Shown here: one piece after another, positions 27,088 to 39,807 of the stretch
Layout: each line of letters begins with the position of its first letter
Numbering within the stretch: position 1 is the first letter of the stretch
Assembly (NCBI GenBank): GCA_048013815.1
Contig: CM106585.1
Span: 22,196,001-22,260,000 of the forward strand
Length of the DNA stretch: 64,000 bases
From: Setoptus koraiensis
Taxonomy: Eukaryota > Animalia > Arthropoda
Direction of reading: 5' to 3'
Translations under genes and position numbers: made by a program
The notes under the pieces: generated by a model
Told to the model about the DNA's origin: nothing
Database searches by the model: none
Seen by the model: the letters and a program-made list of their open reading frames with translations, nothing else

Positions 27088-28894
27088 TTATTTAGTTTCG
27101 ACTTCATCTAGATTTAAATTGACCAGAGAAACGTCTGGGAATTCCCTCTTGTGACAGTTAAGGCAGTATGGCTTTTTGTCTGATTCCGCCAATAGGAAAT
27201 CGTTAACTTTCAATGTCTTCATACAAAAAGAACAAGAGAAATGCCAGCAATGGAATTTCATGTTCTCGGCCAACATGCATCTTCGCTCCTCTATTTGTTT
27301 GTGACATAATTCACAAGGTGGGCCAACCCATTCTTCCTCGCGAGCTTTGCGACGTCTGAGAGAACCGAAAGGAGGTCCAAACTGAGCCGGGCCCATTTTC
27401 ATCCACATAAGATTGGGATCGTCCATACGAGGCTCATCTTCCACCGTGGGCACTAAAAGAATTGATAGAGAAAGTCATCAAGGAAATCAATTATCAATTA
27501 GTCAATTGTAGTTGGTGTGATACTAGCGAGCATTCAGCTCGGGCTCATCAATCGATGCTGATGAACAATAGATAAGTTAATGCAGACGATATTATCTAAA
27601 ATATCTATATTGAAGCTGGAGCAAATTAAACTATTTTGATGGCTTACTTTTAACCGGTACTTTGGGTTCAACCATAATCTTTTGTACAGGCTCCAATACA
27701 ATGCGCTTCGGAGGCTCCTCGACCACCTCTGGCATCGGCTCTGGTTCAGGCTCATAGCGTTTGATAAGATCGCCAATATCGACCTTATAATCTGGTTTCT
27801 CTGGTTCTGGACCTGTTGATGTCAGAGGTTTTTCGGCTGCTATAGGCTCAATAGCTTCTTCATCTGATTTATCTGGTTTTGATCTATACTTATCTCTAAG
27901 AGCACTACGATCTGGGTCATCTATATCATCTAAGTTACTAAAGTCTATAGGTTGTTTACTACTTCTATCTCTATTGCTATCATCTACGGGACTGGTTGTA
28001 CTACCTGCGGGCTTTGGCTCCTCGGGCTTCTTTGGTGGCTTCAGTGAATCAGCTAAATGCTTTTCCCAATTCTTCAGGTCGGGCTCATTATCGCCCTCGC
28101 GTTGTTTTTTGCCGCCAACTCTAACCCATTGACCATTGCTCAATTTCCATTGTCTATCTGGATCGTTCATACCACGACCCCACGTGCCGTATTCGTTGTC
28201 TCCAGGCAGAGGCTGAAAAGGGATTGATTAGACATTGGTACTTTGGCGATTAAAAATCATTCACAGCTAGTATGTTCTCATCCAATACCTAATCATCAAT
28301 TTATCAAATGAAAACATTGTCCTAGCATGAGTAGCTTACCTTGCCCTGCTTCGCGTCTCTGTAAGGATAAAACTCCTGCTCATGGGTGGTGATCTCGGCC
28401 ACAGAACCAAAATTAACGCATTTTCTTAATGGCGGTGGTGAGTTTGATCGACATCGCTCTCTAGTGAGATAAAATTTGTCACCGTAGCCCGAATCGCTTC
28501 TTATTTCCTCTGTTGGCAGTTTTTGTGGCATATTGAAAGCATTATCGGATGTCTCCTCTTCAAATATCTCACGCTTGATAACTTGATGAGAGCCAGGACT
28601 AGTCTTAATGGCCACATTGGGATGCAACAAGCTGCTCTCTTCTTTTTGGTAAATGATTGTTCGCTCCTCAAAAGGTGACATCGGCGTTGTTGTCGATATC
28701 TCGCTCTTGGACCATTCTTGCCATTGTCGACTACTGTCTACACTGTTTCTTTCCATGGCTGGCGCAACTTCGCGACTATACCAATCACTCCACTCGGTGC
28801 TGCGGTCAATATCCATATGGTAAGACTTGTTCATGGCGTGTAGCTGTGAATAATAGTCTTCGCCTTGTGGCTTCAATTGGTAGCTGGTGGCCAT
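27088..28894 (-). CDS. LIM1: single C-terminal LIM-domain protein, 494 aa; join(28894..28340,28212..27648,27452..27088)
   Basis: Donors AAG|gtaagc and A|gtaagc and acceptors tttcag, ttttag keep frame. LIM motif CELC-x17-HCWHFSCSFC-x19-CLNC. Confidence 0.8.
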
Positions 28895-30714
28895 CTTTTA
28901 AATAATTATACTGCAGAAAAAAATAATAGATTATCGGCGATTATTATTAATTTGATGTATTAAAGGGCTTGAGTCTTTTGTATAGCGGGCGCTTGTTGCA
29001 CGAGTGATCCGAGTTACCTGTTTGGGACTATATAATTTGTTTGCTGTATGTTCTAAAACTTGGAGTTTGTCAAATCACTACGAATTGATCATCTACTACA
29101 AATAGGCTCGTTCAAGTGCCAAATTCATACTGTATTCGTTTTATTGTAGACGAATTGCTTTATATCAAACTCACATTTATTTTAATTCTGACTAGCTCGT
29201 GAGTGTATGGCATGGAACAGTCTCGAATTAGAGTGTCGTATCGTTTTGACACAGGAAATCCAGGTCACGGTTGAGCTGGAGCCGTTGCGACGTCTCACAG
29301 CCCTCAGAGTTGGCCTCATTATTCTGCTTTGTACTTGAACTAGATACTAGAAGAATCACCATGAAATAAAGAGAAAGACTCTCGTGTTACAGTCTTGCCA
29401 ATGCATCAGCTTCTCTGATTCTCACACAAAAGATTTTTGTCGCCCATCATCAGAGAGACTGCGCAGGCCAGATAGATGGATCCATCATCAGGAGCCTACA
29501 CAGCGACGCAAGCATCAACTCGAATGAAGGCGAAGGTGAGCACGACTAGAGACAGGAGACACTAACCAAGGTCATCGTATTCTCCACCCGTTATGATAAT
29601 GGGACGCATATAAAGTGTGTAAACATAGCATGAATAAACACGAAATAGTAAACACTATTCTCAATATTAGATAATATATATAGACTATTATTGCAGTATC
29701 TGAGCGGTGAATTCATGCCAAGTTTTGTGTTTCAGTCATATCCGGCCCATCTCTTCTGTCTCAGTGTAGCCTTCAACTCGGCGCTACTTTCGCTAGAACG
29801 GCCCGGGCCCAAATTTCGTGATGCAAACTTTGTCAAGTTTCAAAAAAATGATCCGTGATCGCACCCAACGGTTATATGTCGAAGGCTAAGATCTCTGATT
29901 GGTCACAAGGCAATCATCCGTATTTTGTTCGTCTTTGTTCCAATTGGCTTTATAAGATTCTGTAAGATCTTCGTTGATGATTGAATCCTCAAATTCACCC
30001 AGTTCCCTTGTTGTGTTCGCGTATAGCATGGTCAAATATTCTATGGTGTCTTCGATAGTGTTGGTGACAATGATGACCATCTACTGTATGATCACGACCC
30101 TGAACGTTAGACTGAACTGTAATATGTGCAAAAGATGAGACTTTCCTCGGAATCATACTGTCTCTTATTTGGGCGTGAATCCCAAAACAAATCAGTTGAC
30201 TTGGGGCCTCAACAGGTCCACAAAATCCCATCTCACAAATTCACCGTTACTTGTATCAATTGGATGCAATAATGATGGAGTGATTGATGCCATCAGCACT
30301 AATGTCGGCAATTGGCACAGTTGCGCTCGGATTTTGATTTTCTATCCTTAATAAATTTTTGGGGCAATCATTTATTAATTCGAAGCAACATTAACGATTG
30401 AGAACGAACTAGATCAATGATGCTAACGAGCGAAAAGAAATGAAATCCTAGAGTAAAGTTAAAAAAATAGTAGTCAATGTGCATATGATTTAATTTTGAA
30501 ATGTTATTGATTTTTATTCATTTGTCGTTCGCTACTATTTATTAAAATCGGTCGAGAACATTCAGTGATGTTGTGCAGTTTCATTTACTTTGAACATAAT
30601 CCCCGTGAGACATAATCCAGGGGATGTCGTATAAAATCCCAAAAAGGCTCTGAGTCATTCATACATTGGTGCCGGCTCTCACAATACTGTCATCCGAGGT
30701 TACAGTTCCGGATG

Positions 30715-31020
30715 GTATTCATCTAGATTTAAATTAAAATGTTTGGAAATTGCTGATTGTGGCAGTCTGTGCAATTGGGCCTCACATCAATGAATTATTG
30801 AAATCATCGGATTTTTATGTGCTCATGCAAAAATAACAAGCGAAATGCCAGCGATGGAATTTCATATTCTCAGCTAACATGCGTATTCGCTCCTCTATTT
30901 GTTAGTGACATAAATCACAAAATGGCCCGACCTGCGACTAAGAGAATTTCACAAAGGCCCAAATATGGCCGAGCTCATTTTCATCCACAATGTATTGGGA
31001 TTAATCATGCGGCCATCTTA
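30715..31020 (-). pseudogene. Decayed third copy of the LIM exon
   Basis: Minus translation MINPNTLWMKMSSAIFGPL*NSLSR[del]VGPFCDLCH*QIEERIRMLAENMKFHRWHFACYFCMST*KSDDF vs LIM1 MDDPNLMWMKMGPAQFGPPFGSLRR...VGPPCELCHKQIEERRCMLAENMKFHCWHFSCSFCMKTLKVNDF. Confidence 0.92.
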
Positions 31021-31151
31021 AGTACAGCTGAATAAAGTTTTATAGGACAGCCATTTTCGACCGAATCATTTGCTTATTCTGGTTTTTCAATCAAACCCAC
31101 TATGACACCATCAGTGATTTCAATCAATATACAAATATTACCATCACAATC

Positions 31152-34100
31152 TCAAAAAGGTGAGTTCATGCCTAGTTTGGTGTTGAAGTCAAATCTGGCC
31201 CTTCTCTGTTGTCTTATGGTTGCCTTCACCTCGGCGCGTTTGACCAGAATATTGATACTGATGACCAGAAACGGCCAAGCGGATGATATGGCCCAAATGT
31301 AAACCGGCAACGACGCCAAAAATTCAAATGGTAGATTCGATGAGGGCATATGAAGTTTCAATTCCAATATACTGAATAATATTTGACCAATCAACAGTGC
31401 CAACGAAGTAATGACCCAGAGATGATTTCTAGTGGGGCTTCTTTGCCAGATGAGATGTGTTCTGTGCACAAAACCGGCAGAAATGACGACAAAATACAAT
31501 ACGAGCAAGAAACCAGCATACACTTGGGCCGTCAATAGGTGCGCCGACCACAAAACTTCGTCATTTTGGGCATCTGTCGCTCCGGAGGTGACATTTTTGA
31601 CATTGGTAAACATCCAACAGGGACCCAAACTTGACGATCCAAATCCTGTCAGGTCACAGGAATGAGCTATGATTGTACCGAAGCACACTACCACCACAAT
31701 GATCGATGGGATAAATTTAATCAGGTAACATATCACGAAGAAAACGATATTCTGTGTGGACCATGCGACGTTTGGTTTAAAACACGAGGGAACAATGAGA
31801 TGGCAATTAGTAGAGGATAATTAGATTATATGTTATTGCAGCAATTCAGCAACAGCGACAATACGACTTACCTCTGGTTTGAGCTGGAGGTTCTTGCCGA
31901 CGGCTATCTTCATCACTTGGGAATCTATTGCGGTGCCCATAAGCGAGAAGCCCATCAGAGGCACCACAACAACCGTTAGCCAAATTGTGAGTCCCGACGA
32001 TAGCATCGGTGGCAGAAATAGAATGCTGGTCAAGAATTGGGCCGAGCTTAAGCTCAAAGCAAAACATATCATACAAACAAAACAATTTTTCATCTTGAAC
32101 GTATAATGTCGCGCCTCCATAATAAGTCCGTGCAAACTAATGGGATCCTTTCGGCTAAAACTGAACGAGCAAGGCAGACTGGCCAATTTGGTGGCCAGCG
32201 CCGATGGACTGGGCAATTGATTGATGAGTAGATTGGTGTTGTTGCTGTTGGCGGCAGCATCATCGTAATCTTCGTCAAGACTTGATGGGGAGCTGTCTGT
32301 GGAGGAGGCAGATTCATAGCTTGAAGAGGACGATGAGGATGAAGAGGAAGACGAATAATTGTCGTCGCTGTCGTCGGAGCTCGATGACGACGAAGATGAC
32401 ATAACAACAATACGATGATGATCATCTTGATGGTGGCCCGAGGCTGCAGATTTCTGAAGATTTGTTTTTGCCTTATTCAACAGCGCAGCAGATTTATTAT
32501 GCGATGGCGATTCATTAGATCTCAGTCGCTTTTTCACTTTGGCGCGCAATTTTCTAGGCGATTTGGAATCGGGCCCAGACGAACGGCGCTCATTAACACC
32601 GTCGTTGGGTTTACCATCGACACTGAAGCCACTGTCGTCGCCATTTGTGTCCGCGCCTGTTGCATGCCGAGCCGCATGCTTGTCCGACTCGCTAGCTTGA
32701 CGATGACTATCTACGTTGGGCACACTCAAACATATCTGGGGCTCCAATGGCTCGATGGCAATACTGGCATTGGCCTGCAAAAACACCGGCGTGTTCATTT
32801 TACTTGAGGCACTACCGATGACACAAACAATTTCGCCATAATCCTGCATAATCTTGATCATTTCGTGTGTCAATTCTGGCGTACAATCAGTGAACAGAGA
32901 CACTTGCAACGGAACATTGTCTACGGTGTCCAAATGGGGCCTAATGTTCTCTATGCCCTTGGGCAGTTTTGCCCTGTTGGACATGTCGAAGGCGAACGCC
33001 TCAAATTGGTCCGTCTCAAGACAATTATCTGTCTCTTGTTCGCCGCCCATGGGCTGCATGGGAATACCGTTCTCGTCGGTCATCAATTCCTCCAGTTCGT
33101 CTGGTCCCGTTATCGTGGTTGCTCTATCTATTTTTGGGTGATGGTGCTGCTGATGATGATGGTGAGCGTCGGCCGTGTGATCGGTGCTTCTCTTTTTTCT
33201 GACGTGATGCTCGGGCGATCTCAGATGATGTCCAATATTGACGGCCATGTGCATAATGAGCGAGGGCACGCTCATCCAACGAGATATACTCGAGCCAGAG
33301 GCAGCAACACCGCTCAGTGACTGGGCAGAGTTGTCGTCGTTCAATTGGCAACTTGCTGTTGTCGATGTCGAGCTCGACGAAGAGCGCGACGACGCCGATT
33401 GTTGGCTGAGCAATCTGTGCTGACGATAATTGTGAATAAAGAGGCCCGATTCAACGGACACATCCCGCTCGAGGCTGCCAATGTCCAAGAGAAGCGGACT
33501 GGTGACACAAGGGGACACTTTTTGAGGCTCGGCACCACAATCGTTGTTGGTCGTTGTTGTGGTCACATTCACCGGCTTGCCGGCCGCCACCTCTTCGTCC
33601 TCGTCACTCATGAGCGATATGTGACAATTCCAGCCAGACTCGAGACCCATTTTCTCGGAGAAAACCCGACTCCTGAGCTCGTTTTCTTTGCTGAAATGCA
33701 CGAATCGTATGCACGCCTGCTCCAACTGCTCGACAAGAGCAACGAAATCCGGACACGCTTGATATTGCATGGCTATCATGCCCACAAATACCTGATCCGT
33801 CACCTCGTCCATGGCCTTGTTCAAGTCTAACAATCTGAGATTCTTTGCCAGTCTCCTCTTGGACAGCATGCCGGGCTTTTGTCGTGATTTTCTTGATTCT
33901 CTGCCAGTTTTATCTAGCGGCTTGTTGTCGCTGTTTTCCACATTGGTGCCAATGGCAAAATTGAAGGCGCGCAATTCCGTCGACAGATCCGAGTCAACGC
34001 TGGCGTCAAGACTGCTCAAACTCAAATGGTGCTGTCCAAGTCTGTTGCCGGCAAATTGTCTCTGATGCGGGACCCTCATTAGAGAAATGCTGTTTCTGTT

Positions 34101-37093
34101 GCTGTGCGAATTGATTGTCGGATTCAAATAATGATTTGTGGACCTGTCGGTGTTATGGATGTGCGAACGCATCGTTGCTGCATTGTCAAACAAATCCAAT
34201 AGAGTCTCGGGAGCAGTAGACAATCTTCTGATGGAAGAACCCAGTCTGCTGTTGTCGGGCTGAATCTCCACATAGTTGCTCTTGAAATTGTATTTCTTCG
34301 ACAGGGGCGCATAGGAGAATGCCGAACAATAAGAAGTGAGACTGGTTCGCTGGTAAAAATCTAAAATCTTTTTTCTTATACTGTCGGTCAAGCGATATAG
34401 CTCTTGACCATCCCAATATTCGGCGCACGAATCCAAAATTAAATCAGCGGTACCTTGACTAAATATCTGATAGCTACCAGAGATGGTGTCCTTGAATACG
34501 TTGCATGTCATGTTGGGAAAGGGCAATTTTAGGCCTATTGTATTCTGCAAACTCGAAGCCAATTTTCCCTTTTTAAACAGTTCGGGATCTATCAATCGAA
34601 ATAGGGCCAGTTGATTGCAGTAGGCATAATTGGTGGTGGCACTCTTAGAGAAGCCAATCAATTTTGATATCTGACACAAGCAGCGTCGCTTGACCACTGG
34701 CGTATAGGCGCCCCTAACTGCCGATTGTGAGCTTATGTGCTTGTAAAATCTATAGTAATTACTCAATGACGGCCGACAACAATTATTCATGAGAATTGAC
34801 AGGCCCAACGGTTTCAAGTTATTCAAATATCTTTGCCAATTTGAGTCGTCAAATTGCAACAAACCGGCCATTGTTGTGTGATTGTTAAACACACACGAAG
34901 CCGGAGTAGCTGTGGTCTGTGTTTTTTTCAATATTTGATTCTGACTATCTCTTTCATACGAATCACAAGTATTGTAATTGTGTGTCACATCCAAAACCTC
35001 AACTTGACAATTGGTCACAACATGTGAAAATTGTTGCTGATGTTGCTTTTGTGCTTGCTTATGCTCTGTGACATCGGTATCGTTATTTAAAAGATCCACT
35101 CTGGAATTTCGGCTACTGTCATTAATGAATTCATGGTTATTGTCTAGACCCTCGAGACTTGAGTCGTCGGGCATCACGTCTGAAGTTGGTGCCGAATGGC
35201 AGTGTATTAAGACACCTCGTTGGTGCTGATTATGTGAAATGGTACTATTTCGTTTGTAATTATCACCATTGTTATCGGTTGTCAAAAAGAACACTTTCTC
35301 GGGGCTGGGATTTGGCCAAGACAAAATTCCTACCTTGTCGATGCAACACAATGATGTCAAGCTACCTAAAACCTGGAGTAAACTTGACGAGCGCCACACA
35401 TAACCCTGTTGACCAGTGATGAGCGACAAGAAAACTCTGAAAATCTTGTTGAATTTGATATCACTTTTCAATTCATTGAGGCTCTCATCGTTCATCTTGT
35501 TGTTGTTGTCAGTGCTATCTGTAGCGGGTGGATTACAATGGTTGCCGGTGCTCAATCCGTCTTTTTGTTGATAGACCAAATGCGATAGTTTGCCATTGTA
35601 ATTGTGTGATGCATTATGATTTGTCGGTTGGGCACTCCGGCAACACAACAAACGGGCGCTTCCGTAAGCGTTTATAATCAACCACAAACTGGGAAACATC
35701 CAAGGTAAAAAGGGCATTATAGTTAAAGCGGGCCGTAATAATAAATAGGCCAATGAGATTGGTTTTATCTTATGATCACTATCAGTCAGATCGAGATATC
35801 CATAGTGGATGGCAGTGACTAATGTTGAAAATAGGAATACTAATGGTATCACTAATGTTTCAAAATATTTTCTCGATATAGTAAAACATTCTTTTTCCAC
35901 TGAATTCAATGGTCTATCGTGCGACCTCCTCAGCGACACCTTCAATGATTGTATATAGGGTGTGGATAGCATGACAAAATCGATGCCATCAGTGGCCTTC
36001 TTTAATTTTGCCTGGCCAAAATATTTCTCCACTGTTGACTCGTTGTCATGCTTAATAAATGACGGTATTATTATACTCTGAGATTTACAACTATTGTTGT
36101 TGCTGTTGCCTCTAGATCGGCCTATCGTTCGCCTGGCGCCCGCTTTACTATAGACTAATTGGTGTGTAAATAGCTCGCCCTCCTTCAATACTATTACATC
36201 ATCATTGTCATTTGTATCTTGTCGGTCATTGCCAGCTGCCTCAGATTGCTGTTCGCCTGGTGCCGCCGGCTTGCCATTTCTCGCTTGATCAGATGAACTT
36301 GTTGTAGCAGTGGGATTTACTTGTGATTGTCTAATGCTCATACACTGGCCAGGAGCTTTATCGCCGGGATAAAGTCTGATAATGTCGCCTGTCACCAATA
36401 GATAAACAGGTAAATTGACGCATGATTTGTCGCGATATGTCAGTTGCTGGTGTATACAGGGCGATTGAGGCACAAATATCTTGTGAGGCTTAGATGATTG
36501 CCAAGAATAGTATTTCCATTGACGTAAGAGATCACGATTTTGAGTACAATCCTTGATTAGTTCTAATAACTTCTCAGCTTTCATTAACAGTTCCAAATGA
36601 CGCAGTCGTGTATCCCATAAATTAACCGCCAAATTAAATAATAACAATAATAATAACACAAATCCGTGCAGGCCAACCCATCTAACGGTTAGATGATTCA
36701 CTTGCAACACAAACGCCACTATTATGTGAACTAGCGCCTCGGCTGCCATGAAAACAACGCTCGGCCATCTCATCTTGGACAGTTGCGACCTAAACGAGAA
36801 AGAGTCCTTGAGCCAGATGAGATTTCCTCGTCCTTTGAAGGCAGCCTGATAAACAGAATATAGAAGAATATTGGAGTTATTAACAAGATGATAATAATTA
36901 ACAAGATGATACTAATTAACAAGATGCGTCCATGTCCATGTATACAAGAGGAACACATTGAACTTATAGTTACCTTGCTTTGTGTTATCTCCTGGCTCAT
37001 AGCTTCATGCAATCGAAGTAGAGCCTCTTTGGTGCCGAGACCATTGTGTCTGGCCGATTGTGGCAAAGTTGCTGAATCAGGTGAGGTTGCCAT
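31152..37093 (-). CDS. TMEM94: Transmembrane protein 94 (P-type-ATPase-like), ~1897 aa; join(37093..36974,36845..31872,31751..31152)
   Basis: N-terminal GLGTKEALLRL, VNLPVYLLVTGDII, SLTSLCCIDKVGILSWPNPSPEKVFF, FVHFSKENELRSRVFSEKMGLESGWNCHISL, RAKLPKGIENIRPHLDTVDNVPLQVSLFTDC, C-terminal TKLGMNSPF. Two GT-AG introns join the three track ORFs in frame. Confidence 0.95.
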
Positions 37094-39807
37094 GATGAAT
37101 ATGTTTGAGTAAGATTGGTTACATCACACTATACAAGTTGTCTGTGTTGTATGGGTCCGTTTGAGCAGTCTTTATTATTGCTTGAGATCACAAAAGATAG
37201 ATCCTAAAATATTTGGCCGTATCTCTGACTATCTGACATGGGATTTTGATTGATTAAAACTAAGATTTTGTTGTGAATTTGTTGTTTACATAATTGCGCT
37301 TGTCTATCACTTTAACTGATTGAGTTGCCTGTGTCTGTGATGTAATCAATGATGCGCCGCTGCATATTCAAATAGAGCAGAAAGAGAAAATATCTTACAC
37401 CAACCGATTGCTAATCTAACGCTGTACATCTAATGCAATAATATAGGAATAAATTCTTTCTTCGGCTTCATCTGATAAATAATAGATTATGAGGGAACGA
37501 AAAAACTATAATTCTATATCATTCTTACATCACTACTGTCTACAACTGGATATGTGCTGCTGTTGTTGTTGTTGTTGTTGTTATTAATTATGATATTGCT
37601 CACATGATACACCTAGGTCCGTTGCGCTTACTCCGCAAATAAGAGAGACGTTCTCTATTCTCTATAAATTCTCTTATACATTGTATACATTGTATAGTGC
37701 GGGGGTGATTGTGTGTGTGTGTGTGTGTTTATCACCGCTAGCTCGACAGGCACATATATAACGTATACGTATATATAACATATGTATGAAGAAAACCGTG
37801 TCAGCTAGCTTGATACATATAGCCATACATAAAATGGTGAGAATGTCTAGCGCATATACCACATATAGCCAGCTTTATATAGCCCAGTGTGAGCTCGACC
37901 GATTAGCGAGGCACAGTTAGTTTCTTTTGCGCACATACAGCGGCACAGACAGGCTTGTGTGCGACATTAGATCGGATTATCGCAGGGTATTACGTAAGGT
38001 GTCAGGTATTAATTAGACAAGTTTGTGCTTTGTCGATTACAAATCGATCGTACAGAGCATCGAAATTAGCGTTCTGTCTGGGTCCACTGAGATCTGGTGC
38101 TGTGATTGATTTGATTGGCCATCAGTGATTTAATCAGCGCAAACGGTGCCCACTCAGCGCTTACATTGTCAGTGCTGCTGTATCGACTTTTGCCGTTAGT
38201 GTATGGCAAAAGTTACATTTCAATCATGCTCATTGGACAGACAGGCAGTGGCATTGTTGCACCCGTATTATATGACGTAATTTGATAATATTATTATTAT
38301 TATTTTGCCTGACCAGTCCCTTGGACGTCGTTATGTCGGCCGCACATTTGCAAGTCAAATATTGACTCGCAATATTCGACTTGCCGATCGAGTGCCGCTC
38401 CCATGCTCTGTGATATCGCTAGCCAGTTATTTTAATTACGCCATTGTGTTTCGTCTTTGCACATTTGCTCGTCAACGGGGCCCCACAAGCAAGCGTGTTT
38501 TTGCCTGGTGGGTATTAGCCCCTTCAGTACCCGCAGTCTGGCTGACCGCGTAACGCGGCGGCCCGCGTTACATAATAATACAAACTGCCCTGCAAACAGA
38601 GCGTCGCTGTGACAAGAGCGACTCAAGTGTTTGTGTGCGCGTCGCTTGAAAGTGTTTCTAATGCGCATGAATGCAAGACCGGGCGCAATATTCAGCTGCT
38701 GTTCACAACTTATTTGTCAGCTTGTACGTTGACGAAGGTGCAATGCTATGCGGTTGCCACCATACGAATGGCGTTAGCGCAGCAGTGGCAAGCATATGTC
38801 CAAGATATTTTCATTTTCACTCATTAACGACACACTTGCCAGCGTACATTGACGATATATTTACACCGAGATCTCGTCGACATCGTCTTTATATTATCGC
38901 CACTCAATCTCACTGTTCGTCAACTATTTACTACATGTATACTCGCAATAATAATCAATCTATTACAGGCTGCCAATCGCCTTCCACAACTCGGTGATCT
39001 GCTGTGTGTCCTACTGGAGAAGTCGGTCTCACATCAAAATCATGCTTTTGCCACTCATACCACAGTAAAATTGTATCACACTAGCTAACTAAGAAAAACT
39101 GAAGCCACTATTTATTACCACATAACATACGATCATTGTATCGCAGGGAGCTCACGAACGTATATCTCTATGAATGTGTAATGTATTCAACAGCAGCCAA
39201 TCATCCGTTTTATTCATTTACGGTGAACAGCAAACTAAACACTGCGACATTTTTATTATAGCCTGGATATTATTGTAATAATGACGCCAACAAATCGGAA
39301 AATAGCTTATCATTTATATTATGTTTTCACCATATCACAATAATGATAATAATAATGATAAACCAAGATTCGGGCTATTCAATACCGACCCTTTACAGTT
39401 ACCATCTATCCAGCTGACCATGAACTTGGACAAAAGGCCAACAAAATATTAGCAAACATGACATGCATTGTGTTAGGTCACTAATCTATTCTTACGATCC
39501 ACTACCAGGCACAGCTCAAGCGGAATTTATTCAAGATAATATTATTACTATCATATATACTATACTCATTGCTAACAGCTCGCTAGTTCTACAGCATCTA
39601 ATCTAAGAATTTTATACACAACCGTTGATAGAGAAACTGGAAGAGTCATACATACTCACCACATGGTAGGTCTACTTCATCATTGTGTCAGTGACACACA
39701 ATGCTAATGTTACATCATAGATCAATAACCCGATAATTATTCCATCTCACGTCTCTTTCACTATCGATACTGCTACACCTACAACACCATTCGCAATCCT
39801 TAAAATA

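Noticed and set aside
36880-36926. Hydrophobic 'TM-like' stretch LLISIILLIIIILLI in the ORF track
   Set aside because: It is an 18-bp tandem repeat inside TMEM94 intron 1.
36770-37093. ATGA stop/start overlap between the 107-aa ORF and the 1646-aa TMEM94 ORF, suggesting a frameshift or translational coupling
   Set aside because: A canonical 128-bp intron (36973-36846) joins them in frame.
37928-38687. Three metal-response-element cores (TGCRCNC) upstream of ATP7 at 37928, 38258 and 38681
   Set aside because: About 1-2 are expected by chance in 2.7 kb, they are scattered, and they lie >1.1 kb from the ATG.
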